From Planctomycetota bacterium (lineage in GTDB: Bacteria > Planctomycetota > UBA8108 > SXIK01): a DNA stretch of 64,000 nucleotides. The DNA is taken from NCBI GenBank assembly GCA_965223845.1, contig CBDCXR010000004.1, positions 992,001 through 1,056,000 on the forward strand. Direction: 5' to 3'. The notes under the pieces were generated by a model that worked only from the letters and a program-made list of their open reading frames with translations, had not been told where the DNA came from and ran no database searches. A program made the translations under genes and the position numbers. Positions within the stretch are counted from its first letter, which is position 1. The number at the start of each line of letters is the position of its first letter. This document shows, piece by piece, positions 45,541 through 54,779 of this stretch.

Positions 45541-45680
45541 CGCAGAGCCTCTCGCACACTCCCTCGGGGAGGCGCAGCCGCCGGCTGAGGAGGTGCGCCC
45601 CCAGGGCCCGAGTCGACCGCTGACTGCCGAGCTCGGCTCCTACCAAGTGTGCTCCCCGCGCGACGTCCGATAGGAATTCA

Positions 45681-47072
45681 ATGATCAAGATCGTTCGTGA
45701 CATCTGGAACATTCGGGAGCTCCGTTGGCGCCTCGCGGTCACCTTCGGGCTCTTAGCGATCTATCGATTCGGGTTTTTCATCTACCTCCCCGGCGTCGAT
45801 ATTCCAGTCTTCCTTTCGAGTCAGAGCACCGGCGACGACGACATCCTCGAGTGGCTCATGTACACCCGAGCGCTCACCGGGGGATCCCTCACGCCGTTCC
45901 TCTTCTCGCTCGGCATCATGCCGTACATTTCGGCGTCGATCATCTTCAGCCTGATGGTGAAGGTGTTCCCTCGGCTGGAGCAGTTAAGCAAAGAGGGGGA
46001 ACAGGGGCGGAGGCAGATCAACCGCTACACTCGTTACGCGACCGTACTCCTGTGTCTCATACAGGCGATCTTCCTCGTCTCGGCGTGGTCGAGTCCCGGA
46101 CGCGGCGGCGAGACGATTACGGCCGAGCCGGGTTTCTACATCGGATTCATCCAGGTTCTCTGCCTCACCGTCGGCAGTCTGTTCCTCATGTGGCTCGGTG
46201 AGAAGATCACCGAGTTCGGCATCGGGAACGGAACGTCGCTCATCATCATGGCGGGAATCGTCGCCGAGATGCCGGGCGCATTTGCGTTCCTCGTGCAGAA
46301 GGTCATCAACGCCGAGCCGGACCGCGTTCCGTTCGAGGTGGTCACCCTCCTCTCGTTTCTCGCGCTCTACATCGCGGTTGTGGCAGCGGTCGTTTTCGTG
46401 ACGAAAGGACAGCGCCGGATCCCGATCCAGCAGCAACGCTCCGTCAAGGGGCGGCGCGTCTACGGCGGGCAGCGTCAGTACCTGCCGATCAAGGTCGTCG
46501 CGGCGGGCGTGCTCCCGATCATCTTCGCGCAGTCGCTCATGGTGATCCCGACCGGCTTCATCGGTTGGCTGGCGACGAACTCGGGCGACAACTGGTTCGG
46601 CCGCTCGCTGAACGTTCTCGCGACCGCGTTTGGATTCAACGGCTTCCTCTACATCATCGCGTACACGTTACTCATCTTTTTCTTCACGTTCTTCTGGACG
46701 AGCCTGATGTTCAATCCGGCGGAGATTGCGAAGAACATGAAGGAATACGGGAGCTTTATCCCGGGAATTCGACCCGGGAAGCGCACCGCGGAGTACCTCG
46801 AACGGGTCATTCGGCGCATCACGCTCGCCGGCGCAACATTCCTTGCCGTTCTCGCGCTAGCGCCGCAATTGATCTCGCGGGCGATGGATATCGATCTCCT
46901 CGTTTCGACGTTCCTCGGTGGAACGGGAATCCTGATCGTCGTCGGCGTGGCTCTCGATCTCGACGACAAGATCGAGTCGCAGCTGCTCGTCCGACAGTAC
47001 GAGGGATTCGTCCGCGGCGGTGGAGCTACTGGAGGCGCCGGAGAGGGATCGGAGAAGAAGCCGACCATCTGA
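45681..47072 (+). CDS. secY: Preprotein translocase subunit SecY
   Basis: FSLGIMPYISASII, WLGEKITEFGIGNGTSLII, AGVLPIIFA, FIPGIRPG, GGTGILIVVGV. Confidence 0.99.
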   Translation: MIKIVRDIWNIRELRWRLAVTFGLLAIYRFGFFIYLPGVDIPVFLSSQSTGDDDILEWLMYTRALTGGSLTPFLFSLGIMPYISASIIFSLMVKVFPRLEQLSKEGEQGRRQINRYTRYATVLLCLIQAIFLVSAWSSPGRGGETITAEPGFYIGFIQVLCLTVGSLFLMWLGEKITEFGIGNGTSLIIMAGIVAEMPGAFAFLVQKVINAEPDRVPFEVVTLLSFLALYIAVVAAVVFVTKGQRRIPIQQQRSVKGRRVYGGQRQYLPIKVVAAGVLPIIFAQSLMVIPTGFIGWLATNSGDNWFGRSLNVLATAFGFNGFLYIIAYTLLIFFFTFFWTSLMFNPAEIAKNMKEYGSFIPGIRPGKRTAEYLERVIRRITLAGATFLAVLALAPQLISRAMDIDLLVSTFLGGTGILIVVGVALDLDDKIESQLLVRQYEGFVRGGGATGGAGEGSEKKPTI

Positions 47073-47126
47073 ACCGCCACCTGACTCGGCGATCCGTTTA
47101 ACCTTTGCGCGCACGAGGGCGACGGC

Positions 47127-47918
47127 ATGACGGTGCTCAAGTCTCCCGAACAGATCGAAAAGATGCGTGCCGCCGGGGCGGTCGTCGCCGCGGCACTTCG
47201 GATGGCGCGCGACGAGTTGATCCATCCGGGGGTCTCGACCCTCGAGATCGACGAGCGCGTGCGGGATTTCGTCGTCGAACGGGGCGGGACGCTTCTCTTC
47301 TTCAACTACCGCGGGTTTCCTCGAAACACCTGCATCTCGATCAACGAAGAGGTGGTGCACGGAATCCCTCGGAAGCGGCGGAAGCTGCGCGAGGGAGACA
47401 TCGTGAGCATCGACGTCGGCGTGCGGCTCGCCGGTTGGTGCGGCGACTCTGCGTGGACGTTTCCCGTGGGCGAAGTGGCCCCCGAGACCCGGCGGCTGCT
47501 CGAAGTGGGGGAGGAGAGCCTCCGCCGGGGCATCGAGGCTTGCCGCGACGGAGGACGCGTCTCGGACATCGGACGCGCCGTCCAGAGCTACGTCGAATCA
47601 GAAAACTATTCGGTCGTGAAGAGCTTCGTCGGGCACGGCATCGGCACGAATCTGCACGAGGATCCGCAGGTGCCGAACTACGTCGAGCGCGGTGGGATCA
47701 TGCGCAAGGACCCGCCGCTCAAGGCCGGAATGGTGCTTGCGGTCGAGCCGATGGTGAACGTCGGCGGCGAAGCCGTGGAAACCCTCGACGACGGCTGGAC
47801 GGTGGTGACGAAGGACCGGAAACTCTCGGTTCACTTCGAGCATTCGATCGCCATCACCGAGGCCGGCCCGGAGATTCTGACCGCGGTCCCGAGCGGTGTC
47901 GCCCCGGAGCTCGCCTGA
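47127..47918 (+). CDS. map: Methionine aminopeptidase type I
   Basis: CISINEEVVHGIP, GDIVSIDVG, GDSA, GHGIG-x-x-LHEDP, AVEPM, HFEH. Confidence 0.97.
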   Translation: MTVLKSPEQIEKMRAAGAVVAAALRMARDELIHPGVSTLEIDERVRDFVVERGGTLLFFNYRGFPRNTCISINEEVVHGIPRKRRKLREGDIVSIDVGVRLAGWCGDSAWTFPVGEVAPETRRLLEVGEESLRRGIEACRDGGRVSDIGRAVQSYVESENYSVVKSFVGHGIGTNLHEDPQVPNYVERGGIMRKDPPLKAGMVLAVEPMVNVGGEAVETLDDGWTVVTKDRKLSVHFEHSIAITEAGPEILTAVPSGVAPELA

Positions 47919-48042
47919 GCCCGGTCCGCGCGACGGATCTGTCAAATCGGCAGACGAGCGGCCGGGTGCGCGCCTCGTCCTATCGTTCGGTGCCACCGAG
48001 GGTTCGCGCCGGACCCGCGCGGATTTTTTGCTGAGAAACCAC

Positions 48043-48071
48043 TTTCCATCGCCCTAGCGGATCCGCATAAT
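48043..48071 (+). promoter_or_regulatory. Possible sigma70-like promoter upstream of infA
   Basis: TTTCCA-N17-CATAAT in the map-infA spacer. Confidence 0.3.
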
Positions 48072-48283
48072 TCGGGGTTTCGTCGTCCGGCGCATGTCAG
48101 GGGGGAATCCCCGCCTCTCGCGCGGCACTGCGAGTCTCCGCGACGGAGACCGCGTGGAGTCGTGCGTTTAGGTCTCGGCCTCATCGGCCGGCTGGGAGCT
48201 GGACGAGAACGGCGGGCCGCTTCGATTGAGAGCGTCCGTCCGGTCTGCATCGAATGATTCGCTTCAGGAGGTCGCTTGGCCGA

Positions 48284-48511
48284 ATGAGTGTGCGAAGAGC
48301 CGTCCGCTCCGTCGGATTGGTGAAAGAGGTGCTTCCGGGCGAGCTTTTTCGAGTGGAGCTGCAGAGCGGTGAGTCGGTCTTGGCTCACGTCGGAAGTCAA
48401 CTGCGAACGAGCGTCGTCCGCGTCCTCCCGGGTCATCGCGTCTCCGTCGAGCTCTCACCCTACGACCTCAGCCGCGGCCGGATCGTGCGCAAAGTCGCCG
48501 TCGAGTCGTGA
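48284..48511 (+). CDS. infA: Translation initiation factor IF-1 (divergent)
   Basis: G-x-V-x-E-x-LP, FRVEL, LAH, RVLPG-x-RVSVELSPYDLSRGRI; usual map-infA-rpmJ position. Confidence 0.85.
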   Translation: MSVRRAVRSVGLVKEVLPGELFRVELQSGESVLAHVGSQLRTSVVRVLPGHRVSVELSPYDLSRGRIVRKVAVES

Positions 48512-48574
48512 TGGGGCCGCCGTCTTAGCGGGCGAAACGAACAGGAATTGGGGGCAGGGAAAAGAGAGTCGGTC

Positions 48575-48688
48575 ATGAAGGTCCGTTCCTCGGTCAAGAG
48601 AATGTGCGAGAACTGCAAGATCGTGCGGCGAAAGGGTGTCGTCCGCGTGATTTGCACGAACCCCCGCCACAAGCAGCGCCAAGCGTGA
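48575..48688 (+). CDS. rpmJ: 50S ribosomal protein L36 (Zn-binding form), not in the ORF track
   Basis: Translated by hand: [37 protein letters not shown]. Confidence 0.98.
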   Translation: MKVRSSVKRMCENCKIVRRKGVVRVICTNPRHKQRQA

Positions 48689-48819
48689 CTGAAGTTCGAG
48701 CGTGACGGCGACTGCCTCACGCGGCGGATCGATCACGCGCAGTTGACCTGGACGGCGAAGCGGCGTGATCGCCCTTCGGTTTGGCTCGGTCGACGAGAGT
48801 TTGGGATCAGGAGCATTAC

Positions 48820-49200
48820 ATGCCACGTATCGCCGGTGTCGATGTCCCCGCCGGGAAAAAAATCGGGATCTCGCTCACGTATATCTACGGCGTGGGAAGA
48901 AAGATCGCGCGCGATGTGTGCACGCAGGCCGGCATCGATCCGGAGGTGCGCACCAAGGATCTGACCGACGAAGAGATCGCCCGCATGGCGAACATCCTCG
49001 GCGAGATTCCGACCGAGGGAAATCTGAAGCGCCTCACGCGCGAGAACATCAGCCGCCTGATCAGCATCCAGTGCTACCGCGGAGTGCGCCACCGCCGCGG
49101 ATTGCCGGTGCGCGGCCAACACACGCGAACCAACGCGCGCACGCGGAAGGGGCCGAAGAAGATTGTCGCGACGAAGAAAAGTATCAAGCAGATGCGCTAG
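48820..49200 (+). CDS. rpsM: 30S ribosomal protein S13
   Basis: [32 protein letters not shown][11 protein letters not shown]. Confidence 0.99.
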   Translation: MPRIAGVDVPAGKKIGISLTYIYGVGRKIARDVCTQAGIDPEVRTKDLTDEEIARMANILGEIPTEGNLKRLTRENISRLISIQCYRGVRHRRGLPVRGQHTRTNARTRKGPKKIVATKKSIKQMR

Positions 49201-49278
49201 TTAGCGCGCACGCCGCGGGCTGACGAGTTCCACTCGGGGATCCGAGACGACGAACCGCCGGAAGGTCGACGAGTAGAG

Positions 49279-49650
49279 ATGGCGAAAAAGAAGATCAAGA
49301 AGAACGTGATCAAGGGCGTCGTGCACATCAGTGCGACGTTCAACAATACGATCATCACCATCTCCGACAAGAGCGGCGCGACGCTCTGTTGGGATTCCGG
49401 TGGGTCGATCGGTTTCAAGGGCAGCCGGAAGAGCACGCCGTTCGCCGCGCAGCGAGCGGCCGAGCAGTGCGCGCAGAAAGCGAAGAAAATGGGGATGAAG
49501 GAGGTCGACGTGCGTGTCCGCGGACCCGGCTCGGGCCGCGAGTCCGCGATCCGCGCGATCCAGAACGCCGGCCTCGATATCAAGATGATCGAAGACGTGA
49601 CGCCGCTCCCGCACAATGGCTGTCGGGCTCGGAAGCGCCGTCGGGTCTGA
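49279..49650 (+). CDS. rpsK: 30S ribosomal protein S11
   Basis: [44 protein letters not shown]. Confidence 0.99.
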   Translation: MAKKKIKKNVIKGVVHISATFNNTIITISDKSGATLCWDSGGSIGFKGSRKSTPFAAQRAAEQCAQKAKKMGMKEVDVRVRGPGSGRESAIRAIQNAGLDIKMIEDVTPLPHNGCRARKRRRV

Positions 49651-49848
49651 GCTGAACGGACCGACTCGCGCCGCACTCGTTGCGTCTCGCCGCCGGGGCG
49701 TACGGAGTGCCAGGCGACTCGCGCGCAATTCGAGCGGGCGACGCCGCGCGCGAGCTCCGAATCGAATCCGAAGAGTGTTTGGAGGGCTACGGTCGGCGAT
49801 CCGACGCGGGTGGCGACCGACGCGAGCTCTCTCCTGAGGAGGTAATCG

Positions 49849-50871
49849 ATGCGAATTCGTTGGCGGGATTTCGAGATCCCCAACTCTGTGGTTTGCGAGG
49901 AAGAAAGTCGCACGGCAGAGTACGGAAAGTTCCTCGTCGAACCGTTCGAGAGAGGATTCGGGACGACGGTCGGCAACAGCCTCCGCCGCATTCTCCTCTC
50001 GTCGCTTGAGGGCGCTGCGGTCGTCAATGTGAAGATCGAGGGCGTCCAGCACGAGTTTTCGACGATCCCCGGGATCTTCGAGGACGTGACGGACATCGTC
50101 CTCAATCTGAAAAACCTCCTCCTGATGATCTTCGATGGCGATTCCGTCGAGTTGAAGATCCGCTCGAACAAGAAGGGCGAAATCCGCGCCGCAGACATCG
50201 AGCACGGACCGGAGGTGAAGATCGTCAACCCGGATCTTCTCGTCGCCACCGCGACGGAGGACGTTCCCTTCAGCGTCGACATTCGGGCGACGAAGGGGCG
50301 GGGATACTCGACGGCGGATGAAAACGCCGAAGGCGATAACGAGATCGGCGTCATCTGGACGGACTCGGCGTTCTCGCCCGTCAGCCGCGTGCGGTACAAG
50401 ACGGAAGACACGCGCGTCGGACAGGTGACGAACTACGATCGCCTCATCCTCGAGATCTGGACCGACGGGACCGTTTCACCGGAGATGGCGCTTGTCGAGG
50501 CGTCGAAGATTCTCCGCAAGCACCTCAATCCGTTCGTGCAGTACCAGGATATCGGCTACGCCCTCCAGCTCGAGGACGGCCTCCTGCAGGACGAGTCGCT
50601 GCCGGAGGATTCCGACGAGCTCAGACGGAAGCTCGAGATGCCGGTGACGAATCTCGATCTCTCGGCGCGTGCACTCAACTGTCTCGAGTCTGCTGCGATC
50701 CAGTCCGTCCGCGACCTCGTCGGTCGAACGGAGAACGACCTCCTGAAGGTGCGGAACTTCGGGCGGACGACGCTCACCGAGATCCGCACGAAGCTCGGCG
50801 ACTTCGGCCTCACGCTCGGCATGAACGTCGGCGGTACCGAGGCACCGGCCGAGCCAGCCGCTCAGAGTTGA
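49849..50871 (+). CDS. rpoA: DNA-directed RNA polymerase subunit alpha
   Basis: EPFERGFGTTVGNSLRRILLSS, HEFSTIPG, FSPV, alpha-CTD LSARALNCL and NFGRTTL. Confidence 0.99.
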   Translation: MRIRWRDFEIPNSVVCEEESRTAEYGKFLVEPFERGFGTTVGNSLRRILLSSLEGAAVVNVKIEGVQHEFSTIPGIFEDVTDIVLNLKNLLLMIFDGDSVELKIRSNKKGEIRAADIEHGPEVKIVNPDLLVATATEDVPFSVDIRATKGRGYSTADENAEGDNEIGVIWTDSAFSPVSRVRYKTEDTRVGQVTNYDRLILEIWTDGTVSPEMALVEASKILRKHLNPFVQYQDIGYALQLEDGLLQDESLPEDSDELRRKLEMPVTNLDLSARALNCLESAAIQSVRDLVGRTENDLLKVRNFGRTTLTEIRTKLGDFGLTLGMNVGGTEAPAEPAAQS

Positions 50872-50875
50872 AGCC

Positions 50876-51325
50876 ATGCGACACCGAGTACACGGAAAGA
50901 AGCTGGGGCGGGACACGGGGCATCGCCTCGCACTCCGCCGCAATCTCGCGCGCAGCTTGATTGCGGAGTACGGACGCCGCGGCTACATCGTCACCACGCG
51001 AGAGAAGGCGAAGTACGTCCGACCGTTCGTCGAGAAGCTGATCTCGCTCGGGCGGACGAAAACGCTTCACAACTACCGACGGGGCCTCTCGCTCCTCGGG
51101 GACGAAGATCTCGTGCACAAGCTGTTCGAGGAAGTCGGCCCCGCGTACCGCGAGCGGCCCGGCGGGTACACCCGGATTCTTCGGACGAGTCGTCGCCGGC
51201 TCGGCGACGCGGCGGTCGAGGTTCTCTTCGGCTTTGTCTCGGACGCGCCGGAGGCCGTCGCCGTCGAGACCGACGGCGAGGAACCGGCGCCCGGCGCCGC
51301 GGCGGAAGAGAAGGCGGACGACTAG
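50876..51325 (+). CDS. rplQ: 50S ribosomal protein L17
   Basis: MRH, KLGR, HRLALRRNL, VEKLI, RPGGYTRI. Confidence 0.98.
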   Translation: MRHRVHGKKLGRDTGHRLALRRNLARSLIAEYGRRGYIVTTREKAKYVRPFVEKLISLGRTKTLHNYRRGLSLLGDEDLVHKLFEEVGPAYRERPGGYTRILRTSRRRLGDAAVEVLFGFVSDAPEAVAVETDGEEPAPGAAAEEKADD

Positions 51326-51351
51326 CCGCACCCGCCCGATTTGTCCGAGCG

Positions 51352-51399
51352 AAGTAGCCCTGCCGGCCGCGACGGAGCGCCGGCAGGGCTACTTTTTTG
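51352..51399 (+). terminator. Intrinsic terminator ending the ribosomal superoperon
   Basis: AGTAGCCCTGCCGGC...GCCGGCAGGGCTACT followed by a T run. Confidence 0.85.
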
Positions 51400-51674
51400 T
51401 CTCCGAAGCAGGAATCTCGTCGACGCGGGAGCTATTTTCGCCCGGGTCGAACGGCCGAAAGGTATAGAGAGAGTCGGCGCTCCGGACCGGGCGTCGTGAA
51501 TGAGACGCCGCGGGGACGCGTCTAATTCGCACGCCAGCGCGGATTTGGTGCGCCGGGCGGCGAGTCACCCCCCGGGCGTCCGCCCTCTCGATCGAGACGA
51601 GCGTACGAAGGAAACGGCGATCCGGTGCGTTGAGCGAGCCAGCGCGCATCGCCGCTCAGACAGGAGGTCGCGAC

Positions 51675-52739
51675 ATGCTTCGACGGACGCGAACGAACCG
51701 GAGGCGATCGTCCGGGCGATCCGAGTCTCGGCACCTCGGAAGGCAGGTTTGGAGATCTGCGATCGCATTCGCAGTGCTCGGTCTGGCCGCCGGCCTCGTC
51801 CGCGCTTCGCCGCAGGAGGCGAACACTTCAGACGAGCAATCGCCCGCTCCGCCGGCGAGCGAGGACGCGAAGAAGTCCGAGCTCCCCGCTGGCGTCCTCG
51901 CGCGACTGAACGGCCGTGACATCTCGGTCGAAGAGTACGCCGGGTATCTCGTGGCGACGATCGGACGCGCGAAGCTCGACGAGTACATCGAGAGGCTGCT
52001 CATCGAAGAGGAGGCCGATCGCGTCGGGGTTCGAATCGCGCCGGACGACGTCGAAGCGATGCTCGCCGAACGGCTCGGAAGGACCGTGCGTAGTCTCTAC
52101 CAAGGAGATCGCGAACGGTTCATCGCGGCCCTCAAGAAGCGGCGCAGCTCGCTCGACGAGTACAAGGCGCGGTGGCGGCAGAAGATCTACTACGAGATGC
52201 TCACTGACTCACTCGTCCGTCGCGATCGAAAGGTCACGCCAAATGCGATCCAAGCCGAGTTCGAGCGTGTCTACGGCGAGGGGGGAGTGCAGCACGTTCT
52301 CCGTCACATTCTCATCTCGAAGCGCCTCCGCGATGAGAACGGTCTCGTGCGCTCGGAATCCGAAGCCCGCGAGCGTGCGAACCGAGTGCGGAAGGAGCTT
52401 CAGGCGGGTCTCGAGTTCTCGCAGGCCGTGAAGCAGTACTCTGACGACGCACTCACCCGTAAGAACGATGGTCGCATCGCACACTATCAACGTGAGTATT
52501 TCGGTGAGGACTTTCACCAGCGAGTGCTTCAGCTTTCGCCCGCGCAGCGGCTGAGTGGCGTGATCGCTTCGGCGCGCGGATTTCACATCGTCGAGCTCAT
52601 CGATCGGCGCGAAACATCCCTCTCGGACGTCGAGTCCCAGCTTTCCGAGCATCTGCGCTCGAAGCCGGCGTCGGCGGAAGAGCGACAGGCGCTGCTCAAG
52701 CGCCTCCGCGGGGCGGCGAAGTTGGAAGGGCTCGAGTGA
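51675..52739 (+). CDS. Exported parvulin-type peptidyl-prolyl isomerase/chaperone (PrsA/SurA-like)
   Basis: Signal/TM segment, VLARLNGRDIS, LLIEEEA, RHILI, EFSQAVKQYSDD, NDGRI, GFHIVEL; start uncertain. Confidence 0.8.
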   Translation: MLRRTRTNRRRSSGRSESRHLGRQVWRSAIAFAVLGLAAGLVRASPQEANTSDEQSPAPPASEDAKKSELPAGVLARLNGRDISVEEYAGYLVATIGRAKLDEYIERLLIEEEADRVGVRIAPDDVEAMLAERLGRTVRSLYQGDRERFIAALKKRRSSLDEYKARWRQKIYYEMLTDSLVRRDRKVTPNAIQAEFERVYGEGGVQHVLRHILISKRLRDENGLVRSESEARERANRVRKELQAGLEFSQAVKQYSDDALTRKNDGRIAHYQREYFGEDFHQRVLQLSPAQRLSGVIASARGFHIVELIDRRETSLSDVESQLSEHLRSKPASAEERQALLKRLRGAAKLEGLE

Positions 52740-53761
52740 GCAGAGAGTGTCGACGTCGAGTCCGGCGACTCTCTCTATGCGTCTCCGTTGCGTTCGCCGT
52801 TCTCCCGGGCTGCGAGCACCTGCCGCCGGCGACTCCCGTGCCGCTCCCGCGACCGGCCGATCCCGCCATCGTCGAACCTCTTCGACCGGCACACCCAGCG
52901 TTCGGCCTCGAGTTCGAGCGAATCGGAGAGGGACGCCGCTACGAGCAGTTCCGATGGACGGCCCAGACGTACTCGGAGGGCGCGCAGAGCTTCAAGACCC
53001 TCGAGGGTGAGTACTTTCGTGTGAAGATCCCTCTCGGAGGAGTGCGCGGGCCGGTGACGCCCGCGCCTCTCATCATCGTTGCTCCGATTCTCGGCGGTGA
53101 GGAAACGGAGTATCTGGCCTGCCGGATCTTCAGCCGCTACGCCTGCGAGCGCGGATTCTCCGCGTTCTTTCTCTACCAGGGGCGATCGATCCTCTCCTCG
53201 TCGCGCGACGGGATCGGGCTCGAGGCGCTCCTTCGCGAGGGGAATCGAGACGCGATGAAGGCGCTCGATCTCTTCGCCGCGCTCCCCGAGGTGGACGACG
53301 AACGGCTCGGAAGTCTCGGGATCAGCCTCGGTGCGATTCGAAACGTTCTCCTCATCGCGACGGATCCGCGGTTGCGCGCGAATCTTCTTTGCATCGGCGG
53401 CGCAGATCTCCCCGAGATTCTGCGGACCTCGAATGAGCCCGGTGTGCTCGGTTACTTCCGCCGCCGGCGCCGGCGCGAAGGGATTTCGCGTGAGCGCGCG
53501 TGCGTAGAGATCGAGCGTGCCCTTCAGTCGGATCCTGCACGCGTCGCCGAATCGATCGATCCCCGTCGGGTGACGATGATCCTAGCGCGCTTCGACGACA
53601 AGGTCCCGATCGCGAACGGACGTCTACTCTGGGAGATGCTCGGACGACCCGAGACGTACGTCCTTCCCGCGGGGCACTACACCGCGCTCCTTCTGTCGCC
53701 GTTCGCCGCGCGGGTCGGATTCGACGCGCTCGTCGAGAAGGTCAGTCGAGAGAACTCATGA
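52736..53761 (+). CDS. Alpha/beta hydrolase lipoprotein
   Basis: Lipobox LPGC, PILGG oxyanion-like motif, nucleophile GISLG, FDDKVP Asp, AGHY His; overlaps the PPIase stop. Confidence 0.75.
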   Translation: MSRECRRRVRRLSLCVSVAFAVLPGCEHLPPATPVPLPRPADPAIVEPLRPAHPAFGLEFERIGEGRRYEQFRWTAQTYSEGAQSFKTLEGEYFRVKIPLGGVRGPVTPAPLIIVAPILGGEETEYLACRIFSRYACERGFSAFFLYQGRSILSSSRDGIGLEALLREGNRDAMKALDLFAALPEVDDERLGSLGISLGAIRNVLLIATDPRLRANLLCIGGADLPEILRTSNEPGVLGYFRRRRRREGISRERACVEIERALQSDPARVAESIDPRRVTMILARFDDKVPIANGRLLWEMLGRPETYVLPAGHYTALLLSPFAARVGFDALVEKVSRENS

Positions 53762-54779
53762 ATCGACGCGAGTCCGAGCACTCGCGCGAAACGAATCCGT
53801 CCTCCGGCCGCCGATCCTGCCCGGGAGTGAGCGTCCGGGTTTCGCTCGAAGACGAAGCGCCGACGAGAAACGTCTGGTCTCGAGACGCCCGTTCTCATAC
53901 ATCACCCGACTCTGTGCGCGTCGAGACGCCGCTTGCGCGCCCTCGTCTGTGAACGAATCGAGTGACGATACTCGCGTTCACCCTAACATTGCCCGCAAAC
54001 AGCATGGTACTCGTGGAAGTGAAGTGGTCTCGACTTCGTCTTCGCGTCGCACGAGAGATCTGAGTTTGACTCGTCAAAACCCCATCGGTATCATGGCCAG
54101 CTGGGTTTGGGACCCTGTCTGGAACTCTCCAGCCGAATAGAGGAAGGGGTCGCCTCGCTACGAGGCTGTTTCTCCCAGAATCTCGCTTTTCTAGTCGCGG
54201 GTAGGTCGACGCTCGAGTTGCACCCACTGCCTTTCACTGAGCGCAGTGTGCATGCTCGAAAGAAAAGCCGGCAAAAACACTGGTCGAACTTGTTGGGTCG
54301 AACTCGCATTGCGGCCGCTGGTTGTCGGTGCGCAGAGCATGCCGGGCCTTGCTTTCTCGGCTTCGATGCGGCAGTTTAGATCCCAGTGGGTTGCCGAGGG
54401 TTGGGTTACGACGCGGCTGAACCCCCAGGGGACAGATTGAGATCACTGCTTGCGGCGAATCGCACGATTTCGCCTGTGCGAGCCCGGTCGAATGCACGCT
54501 CCGGACTCCGATAGTTCGCCGAACTGTCGGAAGAGTCCGTCGAGCGTACACGGACACGACCGCGGCAAAAGCGCACAAAACGAGGAACACCGAACGCTGT
54601 TTGAACCACTGTTCTTGGTCTGAAGCCTTTTGGATTCGGAGCGATGAGGGCTCCGGGTCAATCGTAAAGGGAGGTGCTGCGTTGCAGGGTTGGGTCAACC
54701 AGCTCGACTTTCCACAGAATGGTCCACAATTCTTGATCCTGAACTAAGGTTGGAATGTGATGCCTCGAGGAGGAAAAAG

